Assembly: GCA_030248215.1 (NCBI GenBank)
Contig: JASANG010002092.1
Location: 1-64,000 of the forward strand
Direction of reading: 5' to 3'
Source: Enoplolaimus lenunculus
Taxonomy: Eukaryota
Length of the DNA: 64,000 nt
This document shows, piece after piece, positions 38,943 through 50,872 of the stretch (the first letter of the stretch is position 1; each line of letters starts with the position of its first letter). The notes under the pieces are model-generated. The model made no database searches. It was not told the origin of the DNA and was given only the letters and a program-made list of their open reading frames with translations. Both the position numbers and the translations under genes were made by a program.

Positions 38943-40362
38943 ACTGCTTCAACTAAAATGCTAGCTGTGATATGCGTTGTTTATTACTGTACTACGCTGT
39001 GTACTGCGTAGCTACTACGCAATGTGTATTACATATTGACTTTTTATATGTGTTGAGCCACGCAGCCCGCCCCGCCTCTCGTTAACTTGACCGCCTGTCG
39101 TTTTCATCACGAAATGTATTTTGTTTAATCTGTGTTTTTCGACGTCAAACATTTTAATGTTCTTACCTGTATGCTACATAAAGTATCTACAATACTGCAT
39201 ATGTTTTTCTTTTAAAAACACAATGTGCCAACCTCAAACCCCATACGCGGCTAGATGTCCTAACAAAGCAGCGCTTGCATACTGTGAACATGGATAAGCG
39301 AATTGCATATATGTGAGCAGTCTAGCAGTGTAGTACAAAAGTAGCGCGTTCATCACGTATCAGAGAGTGTACACGCAGACGTCGGGGTATTTGACTAAAG
39401 TACAAGGGCCTTATAGCAGGGTTAACCGGAATTACAAAATACCGGAACCAGAATTTAAAAAATTACCGGAAACGGAACCGGAAAATCAAAAATATATGCC
39501 ACTGAAAAATTCATTATAATTGTCTTTTTTTGCTATATTACTAGTATGAAAATAAGCTATTCTCACTCTGAATTTTCCACTAAACGGCTTTCAGTCAACT
39601 GCTATGCTCAATTCAATAACTTGTGCTATAAAAACAAAATAAAACTGCCAGGTGACTAGCTACGTTACTATTCTCGTATTTACCAAGACAACAAAGACAC
39701 ACCTCTATTGAATGTCAAGATCAAGTTTGTCAACAATAATGTATGTTCATAGAAATTCAGCTATCATTTTATGGTCATATATTTAAGTTTATTCGTTGAA
39801 CAGTTTTAAACCGATACTTAAGAAATTCTGTTATCTGAGCTGAAACAAAGTCCTGCTATAAACTGAGCAACAATCTACTATTTTTTATGAAATTTGGTCT
39901 GGTTTCTCAATAACGCAAAAAATACCAAGCGCGAAAATTTGTGTATTTTGAAAGGCAGTGAATAAATATTACAAAATTGTACTCTTAAATCCGCTTCGGA
40001 AACGGAAAAGCGAACGGATGATAATCAAAATAACGGGAACGGGGAACGGATATTGAAGTATGGGGAAATGTAAGAACATGGGCGGAAAGTGGAACTGAGG
40101 TAAACATCTGCTGATGGTATCGGCTTGTTAGCGGCAAAAAATTGTACTTCTGCGCGCATACACCCTGCTGAAATCAATCCGATATGCACATTTCAATGAG
40201 CTACTAGGGAGCAACCGTACGCGTGCCTACTGCCGAGCTTTTGCTGCTTGCTATGCTAAATAATTCTGGCAATGAAAGTTGTATCACAGAATGGATTCTA
40301 AAGTATGAAAGTTTCGACCAATGTGTACAACTTGGGAGGAACAGTAGTAGACTAGTAGGAAG

Positions 40363-40667
40363 CAGGGTACAACAGTATGCCTGCCTCCAGTACCGGCCCG
40401 ACAGAAAATCGGCCTCCGGCTCGTTAGAATTTTTGCCGGAGGTTCTGCCAATTTTGGTAGTAAAATTTCGCATAATTCATATGCATAAGTTCCGAAATTT
40501 AGAAGAACTTATTAACGTAAAACCAAACAACCTAACAACATATTGCAGATATTGGCTAAAATTAACTAATTAACCATCATTTTTACTTCCTATTTTCGTC
40601 TCACCTTCGGCTCCGGCAAGTTTCGTTGATCTCCGGCTCCGGTATTTTCTACTCCGGTTGCACCCTG
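40363..40667. mobile_element. hAT-type MITE
   Basis: CAGGGTACAAC … GTTGCACCCTG, TSD GTAGGAAG / GTAGGAAC (7/8), CTCCGG subterminal repeats. Relative at 54114-54463. Confidence 0.85.
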
Positions 40668-42684
40668 GTAGGAACCGTGTTCCTAAGCCTAAGCATAAAG
40701 AATGAGCTTATATCTAAGCCTAAAGCCTATGAATCTAAATCGTTAAGCTTATGAGAAATTCGCAAGAGTTCTGTTTTAACTTTGAAACTGTGTGTGGGTG
40801 GTTTGCGCTCTTTAAAGAAACCACATTTAATTTAATAAAATATTCGTAACAGAAATAGTTCACTTGCACTAACTAAAACAACCCGAACAATATCACAAAC
40901 GGATGAAATGTAGAATAACGCAGTTTCTTATAGAACCAACAGTTTTCAAAGAAAATCTTAAATGATGGTTAAGTTTTTTACTTGTTATTCCCATTTCAAA
41001 ATTTGTTGCAAAAACAGAAACGAAGGTGGACGACGTAGAGCAAAACAGTATACGCACTGGAAGTGCTAAGCCCTATTCACACGTGCAAGTTTCTGCTGCT
41101 AGAATGGCAGCTGCAACTTGCACTTGCATGTACTGTCCAAAATCCCGTTCCAAAAACTTGCAGTTGCAAATAATTCATTAAAAATCACGGTAGGTATATA
41201 TACATATTCTAGGCCTGATGAAATAAAATAATGGGCTAAATAAAAAGCATCTAAAAATTGATAAATTTTACAATACAAAAGCCCAATACCTTCCACAACT
41301 AACGGCAAATGAAATAACCGGTCAATAAATACCACAGATCAGCTGCAAGGGACCGAAAAAACAAGTTACCAGCAACAAAATCTACAGTAATAACCGGATA
41401 TCCGCTGTCGGAAGTGTTGAAATCTATTAAGAACTTTACTACTTTTTTGACTAGAGTGAATCGCTGCCCAACAACACAAGACAAACCAAAAGAAGCAAAA
41501 AACAAAACGGCAGACCAACACCTCAATAACAATCGGAGCGTACACATTAAAATCAAAGTGAAAAGTTAAAAGTTATTTCCTTTTCGCTGATTTTTTTCTT
41601 TCCCTCGCATCCGAAAGATTATAATAGTTTAGCTTCATTCTCACTTTGTTTTATGAACGACTAAGAGAAACATTTCTGAAATATAAGACAAATATGTCTG
41701 AAATAAAACGCATTTTTCCAAGAGAACGACTCTAAAATCGGGGGCTAAAGCTTTACCAAATATCCTAATTTTGCAACACAAAATACGTCCAAGACATAAC
41801 CTTAGGACGAGGAGGGGAGCCTCAGCTCAAAACAAAATATCCTTGAAATTCGATTATTTATATACCCTCCTAAGAATATAAACGGAGCAACTCTTTTTAC
41901 ATACATAAAAATCAGAAAATTCTTGAATAAAAGACAACTATTTCTTGAAGGAAAGAAATTTGTCTTATAAATTGGCAATAGCAAATTTTGAATAGAAGAC
42001 ATTTATGTTTTCACCATTTAAAAAGAAATTTCTGAACAGTTTAAGGCTATTAATGTCTGAAATACAAGACATTTATGTCTTGTAAATATAAGAAAACAGG
42101 AGTCTTAAAATTTTAAGACAATTTATTTTGTGTGCACACGCGTTACTAATCGAATCAAAGAACTAAGGCCAGAAACTCTAATAATAAACTCGAGCATAAG
42201 CATAACAAATCTAAGTTAATAAGTTTCAAAGTTTCTCTCTTCTTTGTAAAATAAATCCGTACGTCAATTGCCATTATACTTCATGCTTCGCAATTTCTCC
42301 ACAAAACCATGCCTAAAGCTCTCTCTACACAGGTTATATATCTAACACCGTACATCAGAATTACACTATTACAGCCGAAATAATCCCAATATGTACAAAC
42401 CGCGGCTAAACGTTGAAATTCATCATTCTTCTTCGTAACCAAACCAGCATTGGCTTTTGCACTTTCTTCAAATGTTCAAGCCAGGGCTTACACTTAAATG
42501 TGGGGGTGAGTGTGCAAGAGATGAGGATGCCTTGTCCAAAGCCTACACTTGAATGTAAGCGAAAGCGCACAAAAGCCGCAGCATTTACCCTCTCACCATC
42601 AGTTTCCACGAGAACCATGTCCATACCATTGGACTCAACAGTTTCCACGAGAACCATGTCCATACCATTGGACTCCACGCTTCC

Positions 42685-45600
42685 CTATTTCTCCACGGAC
42701 CAGTTCCTCGCGTCTTGCACAGGATAACTATCAACAAAAACATCATCAACCATTACCGTTGTTGTAGAACACGCGTCAGTTGGTTCCGGAAAACTCGTCA
42801 CCTCTGGTTGTAAATTGCTGCTCACAGAACCAACAGGATTATCAAAATTGAAAAAATTCTTTTGAAGTAGCAAATTACGGTCTTGCGGTGACGCATGAGA
42901 TACTGATGGAGGCCCCGACGACGGCGTTTCCTGAATTTTCGTTTCTACCAGGGTACTTTCACTGATATCTTCCATAATCAATGCTCGCTCAAATTCGTCC
43001 AAATCATCCTGTTTTAAAAATACTGGCAGTAAAAATATATTCTAAGTTAAGTTGTACCACAGCCTAGAGCCCCTACAACTTATTCATGAGTTAAAATTAG
43101 CAGTATTAATGAAAAGTTAACAAATAAAATTTTTTAAATTTAATTTTGTTTTATATTTACAGAACAGGTCGGTTACTGAGACATTACTTAAGTTTGATTT
43201 AGACCTAAGTTGACGTTCTTACTAAGTTTTGTGGCTTTACCTAAGTCAAATACTTTCAATTGTGACTTTACCTAAGTCAAATACTTTTAACAAACATTTC
43301 TGTTAGACAAAATGATGAAGGATCACAGACCGGCACTAAATAAATATCAGTTAGATCGGATTTTGCAATTCCATAAATATGTAACCGACTGGTAGATGTG
43401 CACTAAATCACTCCAAAATCAACGTATGTCATCTAAATGAAAAATAACTACTGTGTAATTACATATATCTTATATTGTTGAATAGAATTTATCATTATTT
43501 ATAGGTTTAAATAAAATAAATTAAAAAATAAACACAAACACCAATATAATGAAACTGTACCGAAATGGTAGGTTTGCGATTGTAACCGACTAAATATCTG
43601 CGCGTCCTGCTCTGAGGCCAAAACAAATGAACAAATACAGCGAGTACAATGAAATCTGCCAAAAAGCTCATTGCTGAAATAAAAACTGCCAACAATGTTA
43701 CAGTGGTTTCGAACAACGAGAAAGATTTGGCAGTCATAGATTCAATGTTATAACTTCAGCTACTTTAGCTCCAATCCTCATTGAAGGTAAGGTTTAGAAC
43801 TACACGCTTGTAGCGGGCATCGTCATAACCAAATTTCTAACCGGTGATAGTTGCTATATCTTTTCACGAATCCAGTGTTCGAACAAGAGAGACTGGATAG
43901 TCATGGAGTGAATGTTATTTATATCTGCGCCTACTTTATCTCCAGCCGCAATCATTGAAGATAGGATCCTAGACTACCAGTTTGCAGCAGGCTTTGTCAT
44001 CCATTTTAAAAACCAAATTACTATCTAGTGATAGTTGCCAGGGTGCAACCGGAATTACAATTTACCTGAACCGGAATTTGAAAATTTTACCGGAACCGGA
44101 AAGTGAAAAATGCATTTCACCAAAAATTTCATTTTAATCTTATTTTTTTGCTTTGTTATTTGCGAAATAACCTTAGTCGAACATAGGTATTTATTTTATT
44201 TGTTGTATTTTAGATTTTCATCATCGACTGAAGTGAAATCCACCATCAATGGCTTATATTCGGTGATTGTCAAGATTTATATATACATTTCCAGTAAAAG
44301 GCTTTTGTCGACAACAATAACCACTGCATGAACAAGCCATTCAAAAACACTAGAAGTACAAGTGGCTTTCAAAAGAGATTAGTTAAGAAAACGGCCAAAT
44401 TATAACACCGGAATTTTTAAATCCGGTAAAAATTTACCGGAACCGGAAGGTGAAAAAATGCCGGAACCGGAATTCCGGTTGCACCCTGATAGTTGCTGTA
44501 TCCGTATATAATACATAACTAGCATCGTAAAAACAACATACCTAATACAACCTTGAATCGCCATATCACAGGAATTGTTGTTGCAATTATGCCAAGTAAT
44601 GGTTGCGATACGAACCAAACTACGATGCCTGCACCAGTGTATAAAAGAAATTGCGCTCGACCAGTATCATATTCGCTAAATCATTACAAATAAAGATGGT
44701 AAAAACACAATCAACCTACAAGACAGCGAAACGCAATTCAAGTAAAGCGACCGCATTCTCTAGCGTGTGTAGCACCTATGGTCAACTGGTAATAAATCTG
44801 GTATCTGTTAAGCCAGTGTTCAATTGCAGTTTAGACAAGAACTGTTTCCGCCTTAAAATATCTAATCATGTTTGCTAGTATCAGATTTTAGCAGTTCACT
44901 TTGACTACCAAAATTTCTATACCAGGACATGATCTCCAATTAATAAAATTAAGATACAATTCGCATTGTCGACGACATGGTTTATCAAACAACTACCCTA
45001 ATCTAACTTTTCGTACAAGATTATTGCGGTTATATATTGTTTACAGCTTGTTAGCCATTCAACAACCTAAGTTTACTTGGATATGCTTTTACGTAGTTCA
45101 AACAGAAACCAAATTGCAACCGCGACTCGGAGCAGCGTTAAACCCCAGCCAGGCCAGGTTGAAAAAATGTCAATATCTTCAAGCTCATCAACTTCCATCT
45201 GAAAAAATAACACTGAACAGAAAATTAAATAATATAACAAACTGCATCGACAATTTTTTATCAAATAATGTCAAAGTTAGCTTGCGAGATGGACGCCACC
45301 AATGTCGATTAAATATGCGATACATCATGTTCAATCCAAAAATGTTGAAGTTTGAATGCTTGAGTGTGGCAACTTATACATCTTGAAATTCACGCAAAAC
45401 CATCCACCACAACTCCAACTTACTGAATTCCATATAAACAATCCCATAAACGTAATGCAGTACAAAAACCAAATTGAGATTGTCGAATTAATATTTACAC
45501 CGTGATATGGCGAGACTGAGAACAACTGATGAGAAGACGCCGCGCTGGTAATACCATTTGCGCCGCCCCAGGCTTTGGCAAATAACAAAAACAGCAAAAC

Positions 45601-46981
45601 CAAAAGCAGTCCAGCTACGACTAGTAAACCGTCACCCAAAATATGCAGGCCAAACGCGCCAACACCATTTGCCGCAAACGAAACCACATGGCACACGTTT
45701 AGTAACAGACCGCTGGCCTTAAATCAAAATTTACTGCACAATCGCTGCGACATAAGTCATTTTCAAATCACTGACCAATTTGGCCGTCTTAATAAAGTTT
45801 ATTTTCTCCACTTAACAACTAGTGGCATACTTTAAGTGTGGTGGAATGCAAGTTCTCATGTCGCCGCAAACAAAACGCACGTCGAACTCATATAAATACT
45901 AGATACCTACCTAGTGCACGCAGAATTTTATGGCAATAGCCGTTGTAGTTGCTATAATATTTAATTTGTGCTTAAAAACTACATGTTACCTAAATGTTAA
46001 TGTTTTGGCGAATGAACTGAATGTGCAGAATCCTAACTTTTAGAGATCAAACTAGTAAGCATAAGAAACTCAAAGACGAGTCTTCTAAGCATGAATTTTA
46101 CCTTAGTATGAGAAACGCTATATTTTTTGGAAATTTTAATGTCGCCAGTGCAGTCTGGCGCCCTCCGCCACTGAGCGGTATGAAAGGCACGGAAAAAGAT
46201 GGAGCTGCACAATAAATCTGCCGGCAATCCAACACTTACGTTAGCCCCAACAATGACTAGCAACAATATTGACTTTAACGAATGATACATTCGTAGCGAA
46301 ATGAGCTGAATTACAAACAACGCTGCAAATGCTACAAACGCTGCAATATAAATTTCCACAACGTCTTGTTGATCAAAGGAAAATTGGTGCTCAAACGGAT
46401 TGAAATGTTTCGCCCAAGGTGCTCCATTGACAAACCAAATATCGTACCGAAGGCGAATTCCTAAAACGTAAAGTTGTGTTGAATCCAGCAATTCTGCATA
46501 ATCGCGACATTATACCAAGTACACAACGAGGTAAAATTGCAATGCTTTTAGGTATATGTGTTGTATTATATTTCCATAGTTATACGTATGGATAAACCAA
46601 TTCATGCAATGCAGACAGTAACGTACAAGTTACACATATTTAATATATAAGATGGTTATGTATGTCACTGCAGCAATTGAAGATTTAAACACCAAAAATA
46701 TCATCAATAAACGAAGCAATGATTCTAGTTTCATTTCAAAAATAACGAATTATTGATGTTTGGTTCATTTAATCAGAAAGTGGTCAAAGTTTACATTTGA
46801 CGTACTTCGGTCAGCCGGAGAGCCTTCCCATTTGCACCGTGCATTCAAGCGACAAGACACCAGTGTCAAATACCAGTATCTGAAAAGTCAAACCTGAATC
46901 GACAGATGCGGAAAAACATATTGATATACGTCCCCTATAACTTTTGAACAATCAAATTGAACTGTTTCTTGATAAACTGAA

Positions 46982-47020
<39 letters not shown>

Positions 47021-48865
47021 CGATAACAATAATAACAATAACAAGAAGAACAACAACAACAAAAATTACAATACCCATCCGTATTGTGTAGAGTCGCAAT
47101 TTCATTAACGATCCTACATATACCGCACATTTAAATCATTAATTTTGATCAAGGTGCAAACGGAATTACCTTCACCGGAACCGGAATTTAAAAAAATTAC
47201 CGGAATCGGAAAATGAAAAATACATGTCACCCAATAATTCATTTTAATTTTCCTTTTTGCAATATTATAGGTAAAATAACCCTAGTTGGAGATAGGTAAT
47301 ATAATTTTTATCGTCATGTTTTAGTAAAATATCTTAATTTCCATCGGCCAAATTTTAATACCAAAATTTTTAATTCAGGGAAAAATCTACCAGAAGCGGA
47401 AGGTGAAAAATGCCGGAACCTGAACTTTAATTCCTGTTGCACCCTGATTTTGACAATATAACGTAAGCACGCATTTGTTACGGACCTCTTACGCCATGTA
47501 GCTGCTTTATTATAAACACGGCGGACTGAGCGGTTTTTGCTTGTGCTTTGAACATCCAACATAATAAACATGCCTAACCTGGATTCAATTTTATCTTGCA
47601 CTTGGAAAGTAAACTGTGAGCCAGCAACAACGTTATTGACATCATCTTCATCGGGGCACAACATACCTTTCTTGCATGGCACACGACGTATCAGATCTTG
47701 GTTGCCTGAAAGCCTTATACCAATTAATATGTGGTGTTCAGTATCAATTCGACAGCTTTAAAGACCGCAAAAATCAAATGCTCTTTAGCTTACCGTGTTT
47801 TTTAAAAATCGACGCGGGGTTTCTGGTGGCTTTTTGAATTTGAAAGGACTTTTTCGAAAAGTTGAAGGTTTTTCCAAACATGTTCAAGTTTAAAATAAAC
47901 AATGGGAAGGGTTTTACCGTTGACGTTTCTGACTAGTTGAGGAATAATGGTTACAAGACAGTGCGTCAAGCAAAGACCACGGCTGACCGTCTTAACGTTT
48001 TACACAAAAATCGATTTGAATTTAGAAAAAATCCATACAGAATTTTGGCGGGAGGCAGTGAACCTGCGGATTTTAAAGTGCTTCCTGCCGCTGTATGACT
48101 TCACAACCACCCCCACCACCACTACTATATAACCTTAAACCCTATACGTTCCTGTAATAGCGGCACCCCTCATTCTGTAAATTCACGATAATACTACCAT
48201 TTCTCAAAATTACAAAAAGATAACCTTAATATTACCATTAGGAAAACATCGAGAATGGAATGCGATATTGCTGATATTTCGAAGCAAACGCTCACAACCA
48301 TGGCTTGCATTAGTGTGTAAAAGCTGACGATCAGAATAAATGTCTTTGAAGTATTCGCCATCAGTAAGAAACAAGTGGACTATTTGACCCGGTTGACTTA
48401 GCATTATTGCATCTGAAAATAAATATAAACCACTTCATAAAATTTAGATCACATCAACGAGCTAAACTCAAAACTACACGCCACAAAAAGATAGAGATGG
48501 AAAGGGTGAATATAAAACGTACTAAAGTCAACATTAATATATACATATATCTCACCGTTAATTGCAGAGACCAGCATAGTCCCTATAACCTTAAATGGGG
48601 CAAAACATGCATGTTCAAAATGTGAGCACTCACTTTGATGAGCCGTTTTGTTTGCCTGGTCAGTCATTGTGATATTGCCATAAATGAATCCTCTAGTGGC
48701 TGCTAGTTTAATATTTGTTGTTTGTTGAAATCCAAATTTTGCAATCACTTTAATTTCATTACTGGAATCGTAATCCCCAATCACTCTTAACGAAAAACAT
48801 GACGTAATTGTTAGTCCAAACACAACTTGCACGATACCACTGCAAACGGGCACTCGTTTTGCCAT
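42685..48865 (-). CDS. GPR180/TMEM145-family (intimal thickness-related receptor-like) multi-pass membrane protein. Exons: 48634-48865, 48236-48412, 47579-47705, 46806-46879, 46240-46460, 45424-45717, 45077-45198, 44542-44675, 43561-43673, 42685-43008
   Basis: Phase-consistent GT-AG exons (1818 nt, 605 aa). Signal-peptide-like N-terminus and motifs AKFGFQQT…GFIYGNIT, DLIRRVPC..G.LCPDED….VV.GSQFTF, RYWYLTLVSC, YDIWFVNG…NPFEHQFSFDQQD, H…FAANGVG, TWPGW, HLFWP, with several hydrophobic helices. Confidence 0.88.
44039..44488. mobile_element. hAT-type MITE in an intron
   Basis: 18-bp perfect TIR CAGGGTGCAACCGGAATT and perfect 8-bp TSD ATAGTTGC. A paralogous local repeat near 43845 carries the empty site (single ATAGTTGC). 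Confidence 0.95.
46983..47060. repeat. (CAA)n microsatellite, intronic
   Basis: Run of CAA/TAA/GAA triplets. Confidence 0.9.
47150..47446. mobile_element. hAT-type MITE, same family as 44039-44488
   Basis: CAAGGTGCAAACGGAATT … AATTCCTGTTGCACCCTG, TSD ATTTTGAT / ATTTTGAC. Confidence 0.85.
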
Positions 48866-49313
48866 AACGCCACCCCAGCGATGTACGTATTATGTAAATA
48901 CTCTCTACAAACCTTACATTTTAACACTTAAATGCAGAATACCAATTAATAATTCTAAAGCAATCCATAGCACATACTGTAGTGGTTCACATAACAGGGT
49001 CCATATTTTGAGTCGTAATCAATAGGAGTCTGTACCCCTTACATTCCACTAGTGGATACACTTTAAAATTACGAATTAGTTAAAAAAAGTCGATTATCAT
49101 ATCCTTCGCTAAAGGCTCAAAATTTAATAAAAATCAAAAAATCAGTTTTTTTGCAAAAATAGTGGTATGTTCGTGTTTGAATGCTTGTCCTGGTGCATAG
49201 CCACATCGTTCTGAGAACAAAAATACCTAAATTTTTGAAAAATAACGAATATTTAAATTTTTATTAACTTTTGACACTATATGAATGACAGCATTAATTT
49301 AAAATAAAACATC

Positions 49314-49965
49314 TGTGATAAGTTTGGTAGGCTAGGGTACGACAGTTTTTAGTTCTGAGTTTTCAGCAGCTGAAAATGAGGGACACTCCCAGAAGATTTC
49401 GAACTCGGTCGACAGATTATCAGTCCAGTGCGCTATCCACTGAGCCACGCCGGCTCACAATCAACTGCGCAGCAGTGATTTTTACCGATGTGCAGCATAG
49501 CATGAGGTGATTACTTGTCTCTATGCATCCGCATGTCACATCTCCCGGTTTTCTAAAAGGTCGTCCCTTGACCACCAACTTATGTATTTTTGGTTCTACC
49601 ACGGCTATTTGCCAGTGCGGTCCAGTCGCGATCACCATGTGATAAGCTGGGTAGGCTACGGTACGACAGTTTTAGTTCTGAGTTTTCAGCAGATAAAAAT
49701 GAGGGACGCTTCCATGAGGTTTCGAACTCGGTCGACAGATTATCAGTCCAGCGTTCTATCCACTGAGCCACGCCGCCTCACAATCAACTGCTGAGTTTTC
49801 TGTTTTTATGCCTTATAAGAATCTCAACATTATACACATGTATCTTGATTCTTCCTTGTTTCACTTCTGCTGCGTACGAAGGCACTATATATGCAGCAGT
49901 GATTTTTACCGATGTGCAGCATCAGCATGAGGTTACTACTTGTCTCTATGCATCCGCATGTCACA
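49314..49965 (-). mobile_element. TRIM family A: 5' LTR 49638-49965, interior 49541-49637, 3' LTR 49314-49540 (internally deleted); tRNA-like unit in each LTR
   Basis: LTRs TGTGACA…TATCACA. PBS TGGTGATCGCGAC (tRNA-Trp-like) directly after the 5' LTR, purine-rich AGAAAACCGGGAGA before the 3' LTR. A box TGGCTCAGTGG and B box GAGTTCGAAA. Flanks ACATC/TTATC match only partly. Confidence 0.8.
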
Positions 49966-50437
49966 TTATCCTGCTTATCCAATTTTTGCATTAAGCTAAG
50001 GTGAGCAAAATTTTGGGTGTAAGCATGTGAGACATGCTTGTCCTGCTGTATATACAATATATCTGTAATGCACATTGTGTAGTATGCTTGCCGGCAGCAT
50101 ACGGTCAACTTATAGTCGATAATAGAAACAGTTAACAAACATTAACAAACAAACATTTATTGTATATGCACATATATAATTATAATTATCCGCACAATAA
50201 AAGACTTTTTATAGAAATCAATTATTTCAGAGTTCGAGAAGCGGGTTACCTGGAACAGTGATAACAGTGTCTGCCTGTCACGCAGTAGGTCGCTGGTTCC
50301 AAACCAACCGTAACCCGCTTTTCCAGCTGCTGAGCAGAAAGGTCCAAAGCCCCAATTCCTACCTAGACTGACATGAGGGCTGTCAGTCTAGGTAGGATCC
50401 GGGACATCAGACCTTTCTACCAAGCAGCTGGAAAAGC

Positions 50438-50509
50438 GGGCTAGAGCGGGGATCGAACTCTCAGCCTATGGATCCTTAAGCGAGAAGTCTACCATTGCGC
50501 CACGTAGCC
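50438..50509 (-). ncRNA. 72-nt tRNA(Pro)-like Pol III unit inside the B2 3' LTR
   Basis: GGCTACG TGGCGCAATGGTA … TTCTCGCTTAAGG … GAGTTCGATCCC … TCTAGCC C, followed by GCTTTT. Transcription is inferred, not shown. Confidence 0.55.
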
Positions 50510-50800
50510 CGCCTCTCCAACTGCATATTTCGTCGACTATATGTGTCGACCGTCTGCTGCCAGCTAGCATACATGCAGTGCACTGCACTATATTGCATGT
50601 TCACATAACGGACAAGCATGTCTCACATGCTTACATGCCCTTATTTTCAACAAGGTCGTCTCTTGACCGTCCATCCTATTTTCGACTGGATACCGTGTTC
50701 ATAGCGCGGCAGTTTACCATTGCGCTCACGGCGTAGCCCCCATGTCAGTCTAGGTAGGAACCAAGGACATCAGACCTTTCTACCAAGCAGCTGGAAAAGC

Positions 50801-50872
50801 GGGCTAGAGCGGGGATCGAACTCGCAGCCTGCGGATCCTTAAGCAAGAACTCTACCACTGCGCCACGTAGCC
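50801..50872 (-). ncRNA. 72-nt tRNA(Pro)-like Pol III unit inside the B2 5' LTR
   Basis: Same layout: A box TGGCGCAGTGG, B box GAGTTCGATCC, T4 tract immediately downstream. Confidence 0.55.

Noticed and set aside
50438..50872. Functional tRNA genes
   Set aside because: D and anticodon stems pair poorly and the units are embedded in LTRs. They are reported as tRNA-like only.
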